From contig NC_042997.1 of the NCBI RefSeq assembly GCF_006345805.1, positions 95,232,001 to 95,296,000 on the forward strand: DNA of 64,000 bases. The letters run 5' to 3'. Shown piece by piece: positions 39,668 to 52,580 of the stretch. Position 1 is the first letter of the stretch, and the number at the start of each line of letters is the position of its first letter. The position numbers and the translations under genes are program-made. The notes beneath the pieces are model-generated. The model was not told the DNA's origin, searched no databases, and saw only the letters and a program-made list of their open reading frames with translations. The stretch comes from Octopus sinensis (taxonomy: Eukaryota).

Positions 39668-40084
39668 ATCGGGATCTTTTCGGTTTGAGCTGCAGTTTTT
39701 TCTAGCGGTGTCATATGAAATTGTCACCCATAATTATGACCCTAGTATCGATCTATTGCATTTCAATCTGTTTTAGGGTGAGGGTTAGGGGTGGGCGGAA
39801 GGGTATCTTTTTTTCTTCACAAATGTAAATAAAGCCAACGTGTTTCTTAAACGAGGGACATATTCATACGGCACAGAATGTTGTTTACCTCAAGTGATTG
39901 GTTGAAATTGCAGAAATTGAAGAAAAAACAAACAAATATCTTACAAACTATAGAATTTTCTCAATAAAGCCAAGAGAAAGATATGTTTTATTAACACATT
40001 CTACCAGTATACGAAGTTTAAAATTTTTTAGTTACCTAGATATTATGTTAAAAACTGCCGTTCAAACCGAAAAGAGATCCGAAT
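39668..40084. mobile_element. MITE, about 417 bp, with roughly 35-bp terminal inverted repeats
   Basis: atcgggatcttttcggtttgagctgcagttttt vs aaaaactgccgttcaaaccgaaaagagatccgaat; non-coding interior. Confidence 0.8.
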
Positions 40085-41006
40085 ATCGTATTTAACTATG
40101 GACTTCATATGTATATCTTATTATTTATATGAAGCCTCTGACTGCGAACTTTATTATATTACCACACACACACAGACACACGCGCACACATGCATATAGA
40201 TACATGTAGATGTATGCCCAACGACCATTTATTTGTCATTATCTTACTGTAATTGAGTTCTTTGCTAACAGCGTACCGTTTATTTAGCCAAGGACAAACA
40301 TTTAAAAAATAATTGCAAGATGAATTTTATTTGAATATTCACTGTAAGATATTTGTCCTGTACAACTAAATTCCCCTAACTGCAGCAAACGTATGTGTGC
40401 GACTGTGTGTGAGAGAATATATGTGACTACATATATGAGCCTCCTGTTTTGAGCAAATGCGTTTATATTTTAATGAAATAAATGTCAATGAAAAAACATG
40501 TCTCTATGAGACATTGAAAAATGCATGGAAAACAAAATCATTAAATTGCTTTATAGTTGTAAATGAACTCAATTCTTCTCTCGTTGTTAATAATGAAATG
40601 ATTCAGCAGTTGTACAAAGAAATTCTGAGTGGGGTTTTGTACGAGTTTAGCAAATCTTTTATTTCAATGAATATATTAAATCATCTGTTGAACAAATTTC
40701 ATTTTTAATTCTATTGCAGTTGAAGCTTTTAGTGCTTTTCAAAGCTACAATGACCTGTTAATAGAAACCATTGTTGCTACAATTTTTAAATTAAATTGTA
40801 ACGTTATTGCTGCTGCAGTGAAAGTAGTTCGAATTCATTTTAAGTCATGAAAAGAAGAAAATAATTAATTTATGCCTTAACATGCTTGCATTACAAATCC
40901 CAGTAACACTAGTTATTTTGGTATTAAGATACAGAATTTTTAGTTTTGTAAATTTCATATAATACCCTTATTAATTTGACAAGCTAGTTTTGAAGCTTTA
41001 ACGTAC

Positions 41007-41145
41007 AAGTAGGTAAGATTTATATTTTGTAAGTCTCTGTATCGTGCTTTCATACAATGTAATTCAACATCTGACCTTACTCGACCTCTTCCATAAGCTT
41101 TTATTTCGTTTAAGTATTTTGATTCAAGGTATTCTCTATGTAAAC
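41007..41145 (-). CDS. Candidate internal exon, unknown protein
   Basis: Long pyrimidine tract ending aatatag|G at 41146, one open frame (G)LHREYLESKYLNEIKAYGRGRVRSDVELHCMKARYRDLQNINLTYL, possible donors GTAAGG or GTACGT. No recognised homology. Confidence 0.3.
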
Positions 41146-41563
41146 CTATATTAAAAAAAGCAAAAACAAAAAAGATACAATCCGAAAATAACATTGGATA
41201 AGTCAAACGTTTAGAATTCATTGTTTTGCACTAACATACTACGTGAAATTTGTAAAGCTTCGCAATTCAATTTTCTCAAAACTCGAATCTCGTAGGGGGA
41301 GCATCTGGAGAGATGCCATTTGATTACCCTTTAGTTAATACGTTTAAAAAGTTCTGGCGACCCATAATTCATACGCGTGAAGTTAAGCGTAATTTTCAGG
41401 GTGCTTCATGTGAATTTCTTCACGATTAACCACCCGACATTTCGAACATGCGTAATGCTATGCCATGGTCCTCCATAAATATGTTCGCTTCCGTTTGCAT
41501 ATGAATTCTCAGTATCTGTTTAACGGATAATATACACGCATGCGTGTATATATACATGTATAT

Positions 41564-41603
<40 letters not shown>

Positions 41604-41994
41604 GTGCGTGTGTGCGTGTGTGTGTGTGTGTGTGCGTGCGTGTGTGTGTGCGCGCGCGTCTGTGTTTGTATGCGCGGGTAATTCAAATTTCATTATTATG
41701 TTTCCCTGCTAAAGATGTCAGCCAGCATGCCGGACAAACAGTTTAGCAGCATTCCGTATGCCTTTACGTTCCGATTTAAAATTACACCGAGTTTGATTCT
41801 GATGTTCATTCTTTCATTATTTATACCAGATTCAGTAAAATAAATACAATTTCAGGCCTTCCGTCTAAAGTACAAAGTATTCTTTTCTGTTCTTGTATCT
41901 GTCTTATACTTAGCGCCAGTCTTTTATGTTGTTTCATTTTCTCCTCGTTGAGAGAGTCCACATGCCTATGAAAACTTGTTTCATGGCACAGACG

Positions 41995-42452
41995 TAGCTG
42001 TCTCGCGAGAAATTTGCTTCCTAACCGTATAGTTTTTTTTGTTCAGTCTCACTGCTTGGCACTATGAGCAAATTTCTTCTATTTACCTACTGGTCAACCA
42101 ACGACTTGTAAGTGGATTCTGTAGGCAGAAACTGAAAGAATCCCATCGAATACATACATGCATATATGTGTTAGGATATCTGTGTGTGTGTGTGTTTTTC
42201 TGTGTCTGTGTGTGTAGTTGCATGCGTGTCTTTGTGTCTATGTTTCTTCTCCACTGTTGCTTGAGAAACGGTGTTGGTGCGCGTAGATACCTGGAACTTG
42301 GCGGTTCGTTAAATGAGAACGATAGAATAAGTATCAGGCTTTAAAATATAAAGTTCCGGGGTTGATTCATTTGAAGATAATTCTTCGAGGTTGTGCCTCA
42401 GCATGGCTGCAATCTAATCACTGAGACAGATAAAATAAATTAAAAGATATCC
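41995..42452 (+). mobile_element. SINE family A, old diverged copy
   Basis: cttgtaagtggattctgtaggcagaaactgaaagaatcccatcg body and ctcagcatggctgcaatctaatcactgagaca tail. Confidence 0.8.
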
Positions 42453-42878
42453 GTACCTCTCATTGCATTACTCACGTTTCTTTCTCACATAACCGAAGGC
42501 CAAAGCTTTTCGTCGACTGACGAATTACTTTCAAGAGCATATTGCTAAGTTGATGATCTCTTAAGAAGCATTAACATGTCTATCGCTGTCATCTATCTAC
42601 AGTCAGAAGTCAAAGTTTTCCTCTAAGCATGTAAATGAACTGGGGAAGATTAATGTTTATTTTGTTAAGATTAGCTGGATCTTGTCTTTGAAATTCCATC
42701 AAAATCGACGCTAGATGGACTGTTGTACTTCTCCTGCCACAATTAAGAGACCAGTTTCAGCTGAAGTAAACGTTATTTCCCTGATATCTTCACTAAATAA
42801 CTCGTTTTTTTTTTTTAGTATGTTTCTGTATACATATGTCTCTTTGAATCAATTTATATATATATATATATATATATA

Positions 42879-43292
42879 TTACTCTTTTTACTCTTTTACT
42901 TGTTTCAGTCATTTGACTGCGGCCATGCTGGAGCACTGCCTTTAGTCGAGCAAATCGACCCCGGGACTTATTCTTTGTAAGCCCAGTACTTAATCTATCG
43001 GTCTCTTTTTTTGCCGAACCGCTAAGTGACGGGGACCTATACACACCAGCATCGGTTGTCAAGCAATGCTAAGGGGACAAACACAGACACACAAACACAC
43101 ACACATATATATATATATATACATATATACGACAGGCTACTTTGAGTTTCCCTCTACCAAATCCACTCACAAGGCATTGGTCGACCCGGGGCTATAGCAG
43201 AAGACACTTGCCCAAGATGCCACGCAGTGGGACTGAACCCGGAACCATGTGGTTGGTTAGCGAGCTACTTACCACACAGCCACTCCTGCGCC
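42879..43292 (-). mobile_element. SINE family A, young full-length copy
   Basis: Complete head to (CTTTTA)n tail; partial head duplication at 43294-43328. Confidence 0.95.
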
Positions 43293-43325
43293 TACGAACC
43301 CGGATCCATGTGGTTGGTTAGCAAG

Positions 43326-43357
<32 letters not shown>

Positions 43358-44449
43358 CTATGTATATAAACATTAGTAAATATAGTTAATGGCAGCAGAT
43401 GAAATATTCTGTCTAAGTTTTGTACTTCTCTTTCATAACCCATAGAGTCAAAAGCTAGTTCGTTTTGGAGATTATCCAAAATTAATATCTAAAGATTTAA
43501 ACAAGTCTAGACACCGATTCTTTCAAAGTAGTTTTACTATGTGAAGACGTTATTTGTCTTATTAACCATCCGTTCATTCCAAAATCAACAGGAGGTACAG
43601 ATAGCTTTGCTTTGCGAAGGTTAACAAGATTCCAACATCAACATTTCCATACATATATTTACTTCATAAGATGTACTATTGTGTAAACAGTTTTTGATCT
43701 TACGAAGTTAATGTTGTACTTCTGATATTCTCAAAAAGTTTTCGAAATCTATTTTAAAAGTTAAACATATCATCTTAATAAGCGTAAATGTTTCATAAAC
43801 TAAAGTAGAAAAAAATATACTACTAATACTTTCCTTTTCTGCAAGCATCTCTAATTATTTTGTGCCAAAAATTTCTTATTTACATTTAATTCAATAAAGG
43901 TGTTTGACAATTCATGTATATACTTTACTATTTTCCAGAAAGGAACCATAGGGAAAGCGTGTATATCTGTAATAAATGTATAAGGAGATGGTGGAAAATG
44001 TAACTCAATGAAACTCAAATCTTCACAACGAATCACTCTCAACCGAATTCTTATCCACATAGGTGGTGTTGAAGCCGGTTTGTAACTCGCTCCAATTATC
44101 TTTGCATGGATGAAAACATTTTATGATGGACTTACCGGAGATTTAATCTTTTACCTGTTCCCACTGTTTCAAAGTGATTCATTTATAGCAGGACTGTATA
44201 CGCGTACCTACTGACATTCCGAATTCTCCGGAAAACACTTGATGCGCTATTGCAGAGTCTGACACATGATGAAGGCTTTTCTTGAGAGTGTCGTCCAACG
44301 AGAGACACAATGAACATTGGAAGCAGACTAACTATTCTAGGCTGTGGTGTCAATATAATCATGTCTCTTGATATCCCTGATACAGTCAAAGAGTTTCGAT
44401 TATCATGTTTTATTTCGTAGAGACACCATCCACCACTGTAACGGCATGT

Positions 44450-44695
44450 GAAATCGTGTAGCATAATGATTAGGATGCTCGACACATGATCGTAAGATTG
44501 TGGTTTCAATTCCTGAACCGGGTTGCTCATTGTGTTCTTGAGCAAAACACTTCATTTCACGTTGCTCCAGTTCACTCAGCTTACAAAATGAGTAATCCTG
44601 CGTCGGACTGACATTCGGTCCAGATGGGGAATGTATACGCCATGAAACCGGGAAACCGGCCCTTATGAATAGGTATGACTCGACAAGGTAACTTT
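44450..44695 (+). mobile_element. SINE family C (tRNA head, CORE-like domain)
   Basis: tagcataatgattagg A-box-like, ggtttcaattcc B-box-like, gtgttcttgagcaaaacacttcatttc CORE-like segment. Confidence 0.75.
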
Positions 44696-45444
44696 ACCTT
44701 TTTTAGAGTAACTGCATCGCAGCGCACGGAATTCTTTTCTAAACATTCTATTAATTGCATTCCTTTCGAAACATTCTATTATTTGCATTCATACGTTAAC
44801 CTTATCCGCGTATTCGATCTACCTGAATAGCACATGCATAAAAGGCATCTCTCCAGCATTGAACTAAGTAATACACCGTGGTGTACACCCTGGCCAGACA
44901 AGAAGTTTATTACGAAAACTGACATGCTTTCACATTCTTTCAACTACTTTCCCATACTAGCCTCGTCGTTTCCATAATGTCATCATGTCATCATTATGGA
45001 TTTGGTATAGAAATTACAACACTAAACAGCGACTACATTATCTACTGATGAAGAGGCATTGTATTAGAAAACAGATATTTACCCGATGCATATCTAATTA
45101 GGCCATGTTGTAGAATACATGGTAGGATACCTGATGGACTGACTTTAAAGCAAACATTGGATTTGTCAACAAACCTTTTCCTTAACAGTTCCTTGATCGT
45201 GGTGTGTTCATCACTTGCTGTCCCGCTAACATCACTCCTTCCAATTGAACGTCATGAAGAAATTATTTCTCATGGACGTAGGCTGCATGTACGTGCGACA
45301 CTCGGTTAATTTGTGTCATTTTGTATTTTTCTGTGAGGTCAGTCTCAGTTAGGAGATCGAGGATTTCTGGAATTCCGTGGCTATCAGAATGTAACTCATC
45401 CAAATGACTTCTAGTTTCACTTCTATCGTTCTGTCCGTTTTCAG

Positions 45445-45531
45445 ATTAGCTAAGACAAATGTGTACCTTCAGCTTCCTCATCGTTCCCGTGCTGGCAGTG
45501 TGCACGACATCGTGGTACTTGTCTGCGTTTT
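45445..45531 (+). CDS. Candidate start exon encoding a signal peptide
   Basis: Acceptor tttcacttctatcgttctgtccgttttcag|, ATG at 45459, MCTFSFLIVPVLAVCTTSWYLSAF, then a phase-1 donor |GTAAGT at 45532. Confidence 0.45.
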
Positions 45532-46996
45532 GTAAGTAGGAATGAATCGGTTGCAATTTAGCATTTTAAACTTCGTTAATGGTGGTACTTTGATCCTTAA
45601 ACTACAATAATTTTAGTGGAATCCCAAAGCATTGACAAGTAGAACACAGACAAGATGTATGAATCTTGCCAATAAACATTAAGTTTATAAAGAGCATTAT
45701 AGTCATCTAAATATTAGTATATAACGTATTGCATTAATTATTGACCTAGTAGTTCAAACGATGTAACATGATATCTGAGGGTACAGGCAAATGCCAATAT
45801 GGATGACGATGGATTCTAGAAGTTATGATTTGGTTGAAACAGATATTGCTTTACTATAACGCCTTAGGCTGAACCGGATATTTCAAGAGTAATATTCATC
45901 TAATTATTCGTAGCCTTAAATAGATTCATTTTGAAATGTCTAATATTGCATCTTATATAAGATTGAAGGTAAACGATTGGAAAATCATTGTAGTCTAAAA
46001 TAAATTGGTATATATCATTTAAATTCTTTGATTAGCAAATATCAAAAGTATTGTAACGAATATTGCATAATTTTGTATGTTATATGAAATATTCATACAC
46101 TTTTGAGAATTATTTACAGAAATTAGGAAATTGTTTTCCTTTGAAGATAATGTGCCATTGTAAAATATGCAGGGGTAATCATACTGTAAGTTTTGCTTAT
46201 ATGTTAATATTAGCCGGTATAGACAGAATTTCTTGATATAAATCTTTGTCATTTATGTTTCACTTATATTGAAAGCCATGTTTGATTTTAAGTGAATAAT
46301 TAATGAATAATAAATAATACTTGAAGTCAGACAAAAGGAAATAGTGGTAGTGACAAAAGGTAGAAGTGAATGGATACGGCAAAATATAGATTTTATTTTA
46401 TTAGTTATATCTTCTTGTGTAACATAAAAGCTTTTCGGAATTTATTACTGATTATGAATACGATTACTACCTTACTTCATGAATATCTAATGTGCATACG
46501 CATGTAAATTATATTTCATTCACATACGCCATGCAGTATTGACATAACGGTACTACTGTCAGCCTGAAAATATCAACTAGATTCATAGATATATGCACTG
46601 GACAAACGTAAAAGAAAAAAAAAATATTCCTATTGCTGTGCGACAAAAGTAATTCTATAATTATACGCTCAAACATAGGCATTTGATTCCAAGATCGGCA
46701 GGGAAGACTTAATAGAAAAATATCACCAATAAACGGGTAGATGTCGACTTCATTTTGTTAAACCGGTGGTAATTAATACACAATACATGCTCTGCAATCA
46801 GACTATATCGGTAACACTAATCGTTTGATAACTTCATCTTTCCTTATCATTAATGCCTCATATGTATATATATATAAGCAACAAGGATGTCATCCTTGTT
46901 GCTTATTTTGATTATGATTTATATGGATAATACATACCAATTTATTGTGCCTTTAACTTAAGTACCATATTTATCTGAATCTAAATCTTTACTAGA

Positions 46997-47053
<57 letters not shown>

Positions 47054-47072
47054 TTATTTATTATATAGAAGG

Positions 47073-47123
47073 AGCTTCTACAGGACTAGTACTGTTTCAT
47101 TCAAGAGAAATCTTCAGGAAGCT
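47073..47123 (-). ncRNA. Type I hammerhead ribozyme (left arm)
   Basis: Reverse complement of the 48879-48929 motif. Confidence 0.7.
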
Positions 47124-47498
47124 ATTTAACAAGAATTGTATTAGCATTTATACATTTAGGCAGGTTTAAAGAAGTGGTGGTGGGGGACTTTTTTGGGGGT
47201 AGGCATAGCGCAAAATATCATACTTGGGGGAGTGGTCAAGGAGTCAGTGGTAATTTAGATGAAAGAATAGATAAATAAAAAAATAAAATAATAAAAAATA
47301 AAAAATAAAAAAAAAAAATAAAAAATAAAAAATAAAAAATAAAAAATAAAAAATAAAAAAATAGAAAAAATAAAATGTGTGCACATACATACATAAACAC
47401 ATATACATACACACACACATACGTACACATGTGTGCCTATACATACCTACACATACACACATACACATACATATATATATATAATATACACACACATA

Positions 47499-47548
<50 letters not shown>

Positions 47549-47980
47549 CACACAATCCAATACAGGCCCATTCCCTAATTTTAATTTTATTTCTTCATTT
47601 ATTACTTTTGTTATCTTTGATCGCTAGAGCTAAGGATCCTGGCGATGGCAGCATGTCCAAATTGTCTGTCTACTAGAAGGCAAGTGCTCGTTCCCGCACG
47701 CACACTCATTAGCACGTACATACACCCATTTGTACACTCATACACATACACGTACGCACGCGTTATATTCATACATACAAACATCTACATACGTTCACGT
47801 ATATACACATACGTACTCGTACCTACAGATTCATGTCTACACTTTAGGAGGCTAGTCTATATATATACACCAATAAATATACATATATATATATATATAT
47901 ACATACATATATATATATACACATATACACATACACACACACACACGCACATATATATACTCCTACATACAGATACATAC

Positions 47981-48022
<42 letters not shown>

Positions 48023-48444
48023 CACACATCCATGTACATATATATATATATATATATATATACATACATATATATATATAATATACATACATACATATAT
48101 ATACATATACATACATACATACACACACACCCATATATATACACACACATACATACACATATATATACATACACAAACATATATACACACATATATATAT
48201 ATATATACATATATACACACATACATACACACACCTACATACATATACACACAAACACATACATACGTAAACATACATACATACATCCATACATCCATAC
48301 TTACATGCACTTATACGCATACACACACCCCCATCTATATATATATAGCTCTAGCGATCAAAGATAACAAAAGTAATAAATGAAGATAATAAAATTAAAA
48401 TTAGGGAATGGGCCTGTATTGGATTGTGTGTATATATATATATG

Positions 48445-48476
<32 letters not shown>

Positions 48477-48651
48477 TGTGTGTGTATATATATATATATA
48501 TATATGTATGTGTATGTGTGTATGTGTAGGTATGTATAGGCACACATGTGTACGTATGTGTGTGTGTATGTATATGTGTTTATGTATGTATGTGCACACA
48601 TTTTATTTTTTTTTTTATTTTTTATTTTTTTATTTTTTATTTTTTATTTTT

Positions 48652-48684
<33 letters not shown>

Positions 48685-48878
48685 TATTTTATTTTTTTAT
48701 TTTTTATTTTTTATTTTTTATTTTTTATTTATCTATTCTTTCATCTAAATTACCACTGACTCCTTGACCACTCCCCCAAGTATGATATTTTGCGCTATGC
48801 CTACCCCCAAAAAAGTCCCCCACCACCACTTCTTTAAACCTGCCTAAATGTATAAATGCTAATACAATTCTTGTTAAT

Positions 48879-48929
48879 AGCTTCCTGAAGATTTCTCTTG
48901 AATGAAACAGTACTAGTCCTGTAGAAGCT
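48879..48929 (+). ncRNA. Type I hammerhead ribozyme (right arm)
   Basis: agcttc-CTGAAGA-tttc-tctt-gaat-GAAA-cag-tactagtc-ctg-TA-gaagct. 6-bp stem I, 4-bp stem III, GUA site after 48923; stem II opens with a U.U mismatch. Confidence 0.7.
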
Positions 48930-49012
48930 CCTTCTATATAATAAATTAATTTTACTCTGCTATGTATTGAGTACCTTACTTACTGTGGTTAACCCCGGAT
49001 CAACCCGGGACC

Positions 49013-49101
<89 letters not shown>

Positions 49102-49114
49102 TATATATATTTCG

Positions 49115-49616
<502 letters not shown>

Positions 49617-49689
49617 ATAACACATAAACACAAACATACATAGATATGACAATGACCGGTTTGGAATATTCATACATAATTATGGTTAA

Positions 49690-50925
49690 TGACCTATGTA
49701 TGTATATATATATATATATATATGTGTGTGTCTGTGTGTGTGTCTGTGTGCGTGTGCAGGTGAGAGAGTTGGTATTTAAAAGGACGTGGTTGGATGCATA
49801 AAAAACAAAAAACAAAAAACTACAGAAGGCGTGTTATATGGTTAAAGAATATATTTCAGTCGTTATGTTAGAAAAATGTTATGAAATTTTTCGTATAGTA
49901 ACATAGATTTTGGAGAAATAACCGTTTCGTATTTTCTTTTCAAATTTCTCAAACTTCCTTATCTTCATCGTGTCATGTCTTCGCTATGTTCTGAAATATG
50001 GGGTTCCGGGTAGGAGAAGATAATAAGGGATTTTTTCAACGAAAAGGTTTCCTTGTTTAATCTAACTTGTATTGGTGTTCCAATATCACATTGATAGAAT
50101 GGAAAGATTATAAATTGTGATAGTAGTTGCTTTGTGTATTTCTCAATATGTTCACTAAAGGTGCATTCTGTATTCTGGGAATGCAATCTGTTGTCGATGC
50201 AGAGTGCATCTGCGTCTGAGTGATAATCCCGTGGGCCCTATGTAGTTTCGGTGGCAGACCGAGCATCTTATGTCATAAATCAGGTTTTTTGAAGCACAAG
50301 CAAAATTAGATTTGATTTTGAATTTTTGTTCCTCTTTGAAAAGGAATTCTGATCCTTCTAGAAGGTTTGGGCATGTTGCGCAATTCGGTCTACCATATTT
50401 TCTTTTTACTTTTGCATCCGTTATTTCAGAAAATAATTTTGCCTTTGTGAGAATCTTTTTTAGTGATTTCGGTTAATTGTAGCTTTTGATGATTGTATAT
50501 ATGTGTAAAATTTCCTTTAATTTGGGATCCTGATTTAGCATTGGTAAATTATGGGTGATGAGGGTGAAGGCTTCTTTGTTTCTGGGGTTGTATGAGGATA
50601 TGTACGGCAGTATGTTCGGGGAAGGTGTGTTGCTGTGTTGAACTTTTCTTAAGGTTTCTATGTCGATATGTGTTGCACGTCTGATTCCATTCTCTATGAG
50701 TTGAACTTGGTAGTGTCTGTTAATGAGGATGTTTTTGAGTTCTTGCAATCTAAAGTTTCTGGTATTTTGTTCTGACACAATTGTGCATATCCTTCTTGCA
50801 AGGTTGAAAGGGATGTTTGTTTTGGTATGTTTTGGGTGGCATGAATCAAAAAGTAGATATTGTTTGGCGTCTGTGGTTTTGTAAAATATGTCCGTTTCTA
50901 TTTTTAGGTTTATTTTTTAATTAGT
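49690..50925 (-). mobile_element. 5'-truncated Penelope-like element (RT C-terminus plus GIY-YIG)
   Basis: KIETDIFYKTTDAKQYLLFDSCHPKHTKTNIPFNLARRICTIV...CGRPNCATCPNLLEG...NLIYDIRCSVCHRNY, followed by an AT-rich terminal repeat containing a HHR. Confidence 0.9.
49913..49950 (-). ncRNA. Minimal hammerhead, U3:A8 variant, stem II decayed
   Basis: gagaaat-TTGAAAA-g-aaaata-c-GAAAC-G-GTT-atttctc; 7-bp stem I. Confidence 0.45.
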
Positions 50926-50984
50926 ATATCTAATATTTAATTAGTATATAAAGCAGTGAGCTGAACAACAGCAACAACATATGT

Positions 50985-51345
50985 GCGAGTGTGTATATAT
51001 CTGTATGTACGTGTGTATAAGTGCGTGCGTGCGTATATGTGTATGTGTGTGCGTGTGTGTGCGTGTGTGTATGTGCATGTGTATGTTTGTGTGAGTGTGT
51101 GTACGTGGGTGTGTGCATGTGTGCATGTGCCTGCGTGTGTATATGTGTGTGTGAATAAGACGTGTGTCGAATTATGTGTGCGTTTTGTTGCGTGTATGCG
51201 CGTGTATTTGTGTATGTGGTTGTGTGTACGTGTGTACATTTATGTGTGCGTGTGTGTGTCCGTGGGGTTGTGTGGGCTATTTATGTGTGCATTCCTGTGC
51301 GTGTGTATGTGTGTGTGCGTAAATGTACGTGCGTGTGTGCGCGCA
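50985..51345. repeat. Degenerate (TG)n tract
   Basis: Direct inspection. Confidence 0.9.
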
Positions 51346-51829
51346 AGATGGAATATACGAGAATTAATTAGTGACCACGACAATTGCTTCGACACATCTA
51401 GCATTGATTCCTTACGACTGGGGCTCATAAAACCTGGTTCAGCAACATCCGGCAGTGCAGATGAAATTTTATAATGTAAACATAAGCATATGTGTGGTTT
51501 GGTGCACTCACGATCACAAAGCGAATTAGATAGCTACTTGGTGTTTATAAGACAGGGAAGGTTAGAACTAAACTGAATTCAAACATACCTGTAAATAAAT
51601 TATGTTAACAGTTACTCAAATTCATTCCTACTGCGTTGTGCGAAATTACATTTCTATGCGTGTAGGCATTTTGAGAGTCTTTCAGAAATTCTACTAATGA
51701 TCTTCTTTATTGGTCCATAATAATAGACAGGTATTACTGAGAGCAGAGTCAAAATTTCCTGAAAATCATATTGTACGATTTCGAATACCTTACTACGGAC
51801 AATGTTATATTGTAAATAATTTTACCATC

Positions 51830-52050
51830 CTTCAGTTGCTATACAAAATCGGCCAAAGTTGTTGAATGTTTCTTATTGATTGTCTTAAAGCTGGCGACAT
51901 GGTTGCGATAACTATTTTTAAGTGAATCAGCCGTCTGCGCAATGTAAGCATACGGCCCTCCCCTCGTGTGCACGGTACATTTATATAAAGTTTTATATTC
52001 ATACAGAGCTTCATCAATGGGCAATTTTATTTTGCTCTGCATGAGCATTT
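51830..52050 (-). mobile_element. Penelope-like GIY-YIG fragment (second PLE lineage)
   Basis: LYKCTVHTRGGPYAYIAQTADSLKNSYRNHVASFKTINKKHSTTLADFV matches the PLE pattern YKC.V...YIG.T..FK.RY.NH..SF...ST.L. Confidence 0.8.
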
Positions 52051-52089
52051 ATCATATTTATTTGTATATTTGGCAGTTCCGACATATGC

Positions 52090-52580
52090 TTTATTTTTGT
52101 AGACTGCGGCTATGCTGGGGCACTGCTTTGAAGGATTTTCAGTTGAATGAAAAGATCCCAGTACTTACTTAAAAGTCTAGTAATTATTCTATTAAATATT
52201 ATAACGAACCGCTATTTTACAAGGACGTTAACATACTAGTACCGGGTGTCAAGTGACAGTGGGGTCAAACGTAAACACACTCACACACATACATATATAC
52301 GTACTTACGTATATATATATATATATTATATATATATATATATATATTTATATACATACATACATGTATATATATATATATACATATATATATGTATGTA
52401 TATAAATCTATGGATATATACGACGGGCTTCTTTCAGTTTCCATCTGAAAATCCACTTGCAAGGCTTTGATAGGCCCTAGGCCATAGCATAAGGCATACA
52501 TCAAAGTTGCCATGCATTGGGCTGGACCTAAAACCATGTAGTTTGGTTGCAAACTCCTTACCACCTAGCCCTACCTGCGC
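52090..52580 (-). mobile_element. SINE family A, old diverged copy
   Basis: cgacgggcttctttcagtttccatctgaaaatccacttgcaaggctttg body plus head and tail remnants. Confidence 0.85.

Larger units (their letters stand above)
47056..48946. mobile_element. 1.9-kb palindromic PLE-like structure with near-identical inverted arms
   Basis: Arms 47056-47631 and 48347-48946 differ mainly by homopolymer and microsatellite length; each ends in a hammerhead; 715-bp spacer. Confidence 0.8.

Noticed and set aside
40457-40708. 83-aa plus-strand ORF
   Set aside because: No recognisable motif or good splice sites; one ORF of this length is plausible by chance in 64 kb.
51345-51474. Protein-like frames on both strands next to the TG tract
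   Set aside because: No convincing splice sites and the strand is ambiguous.
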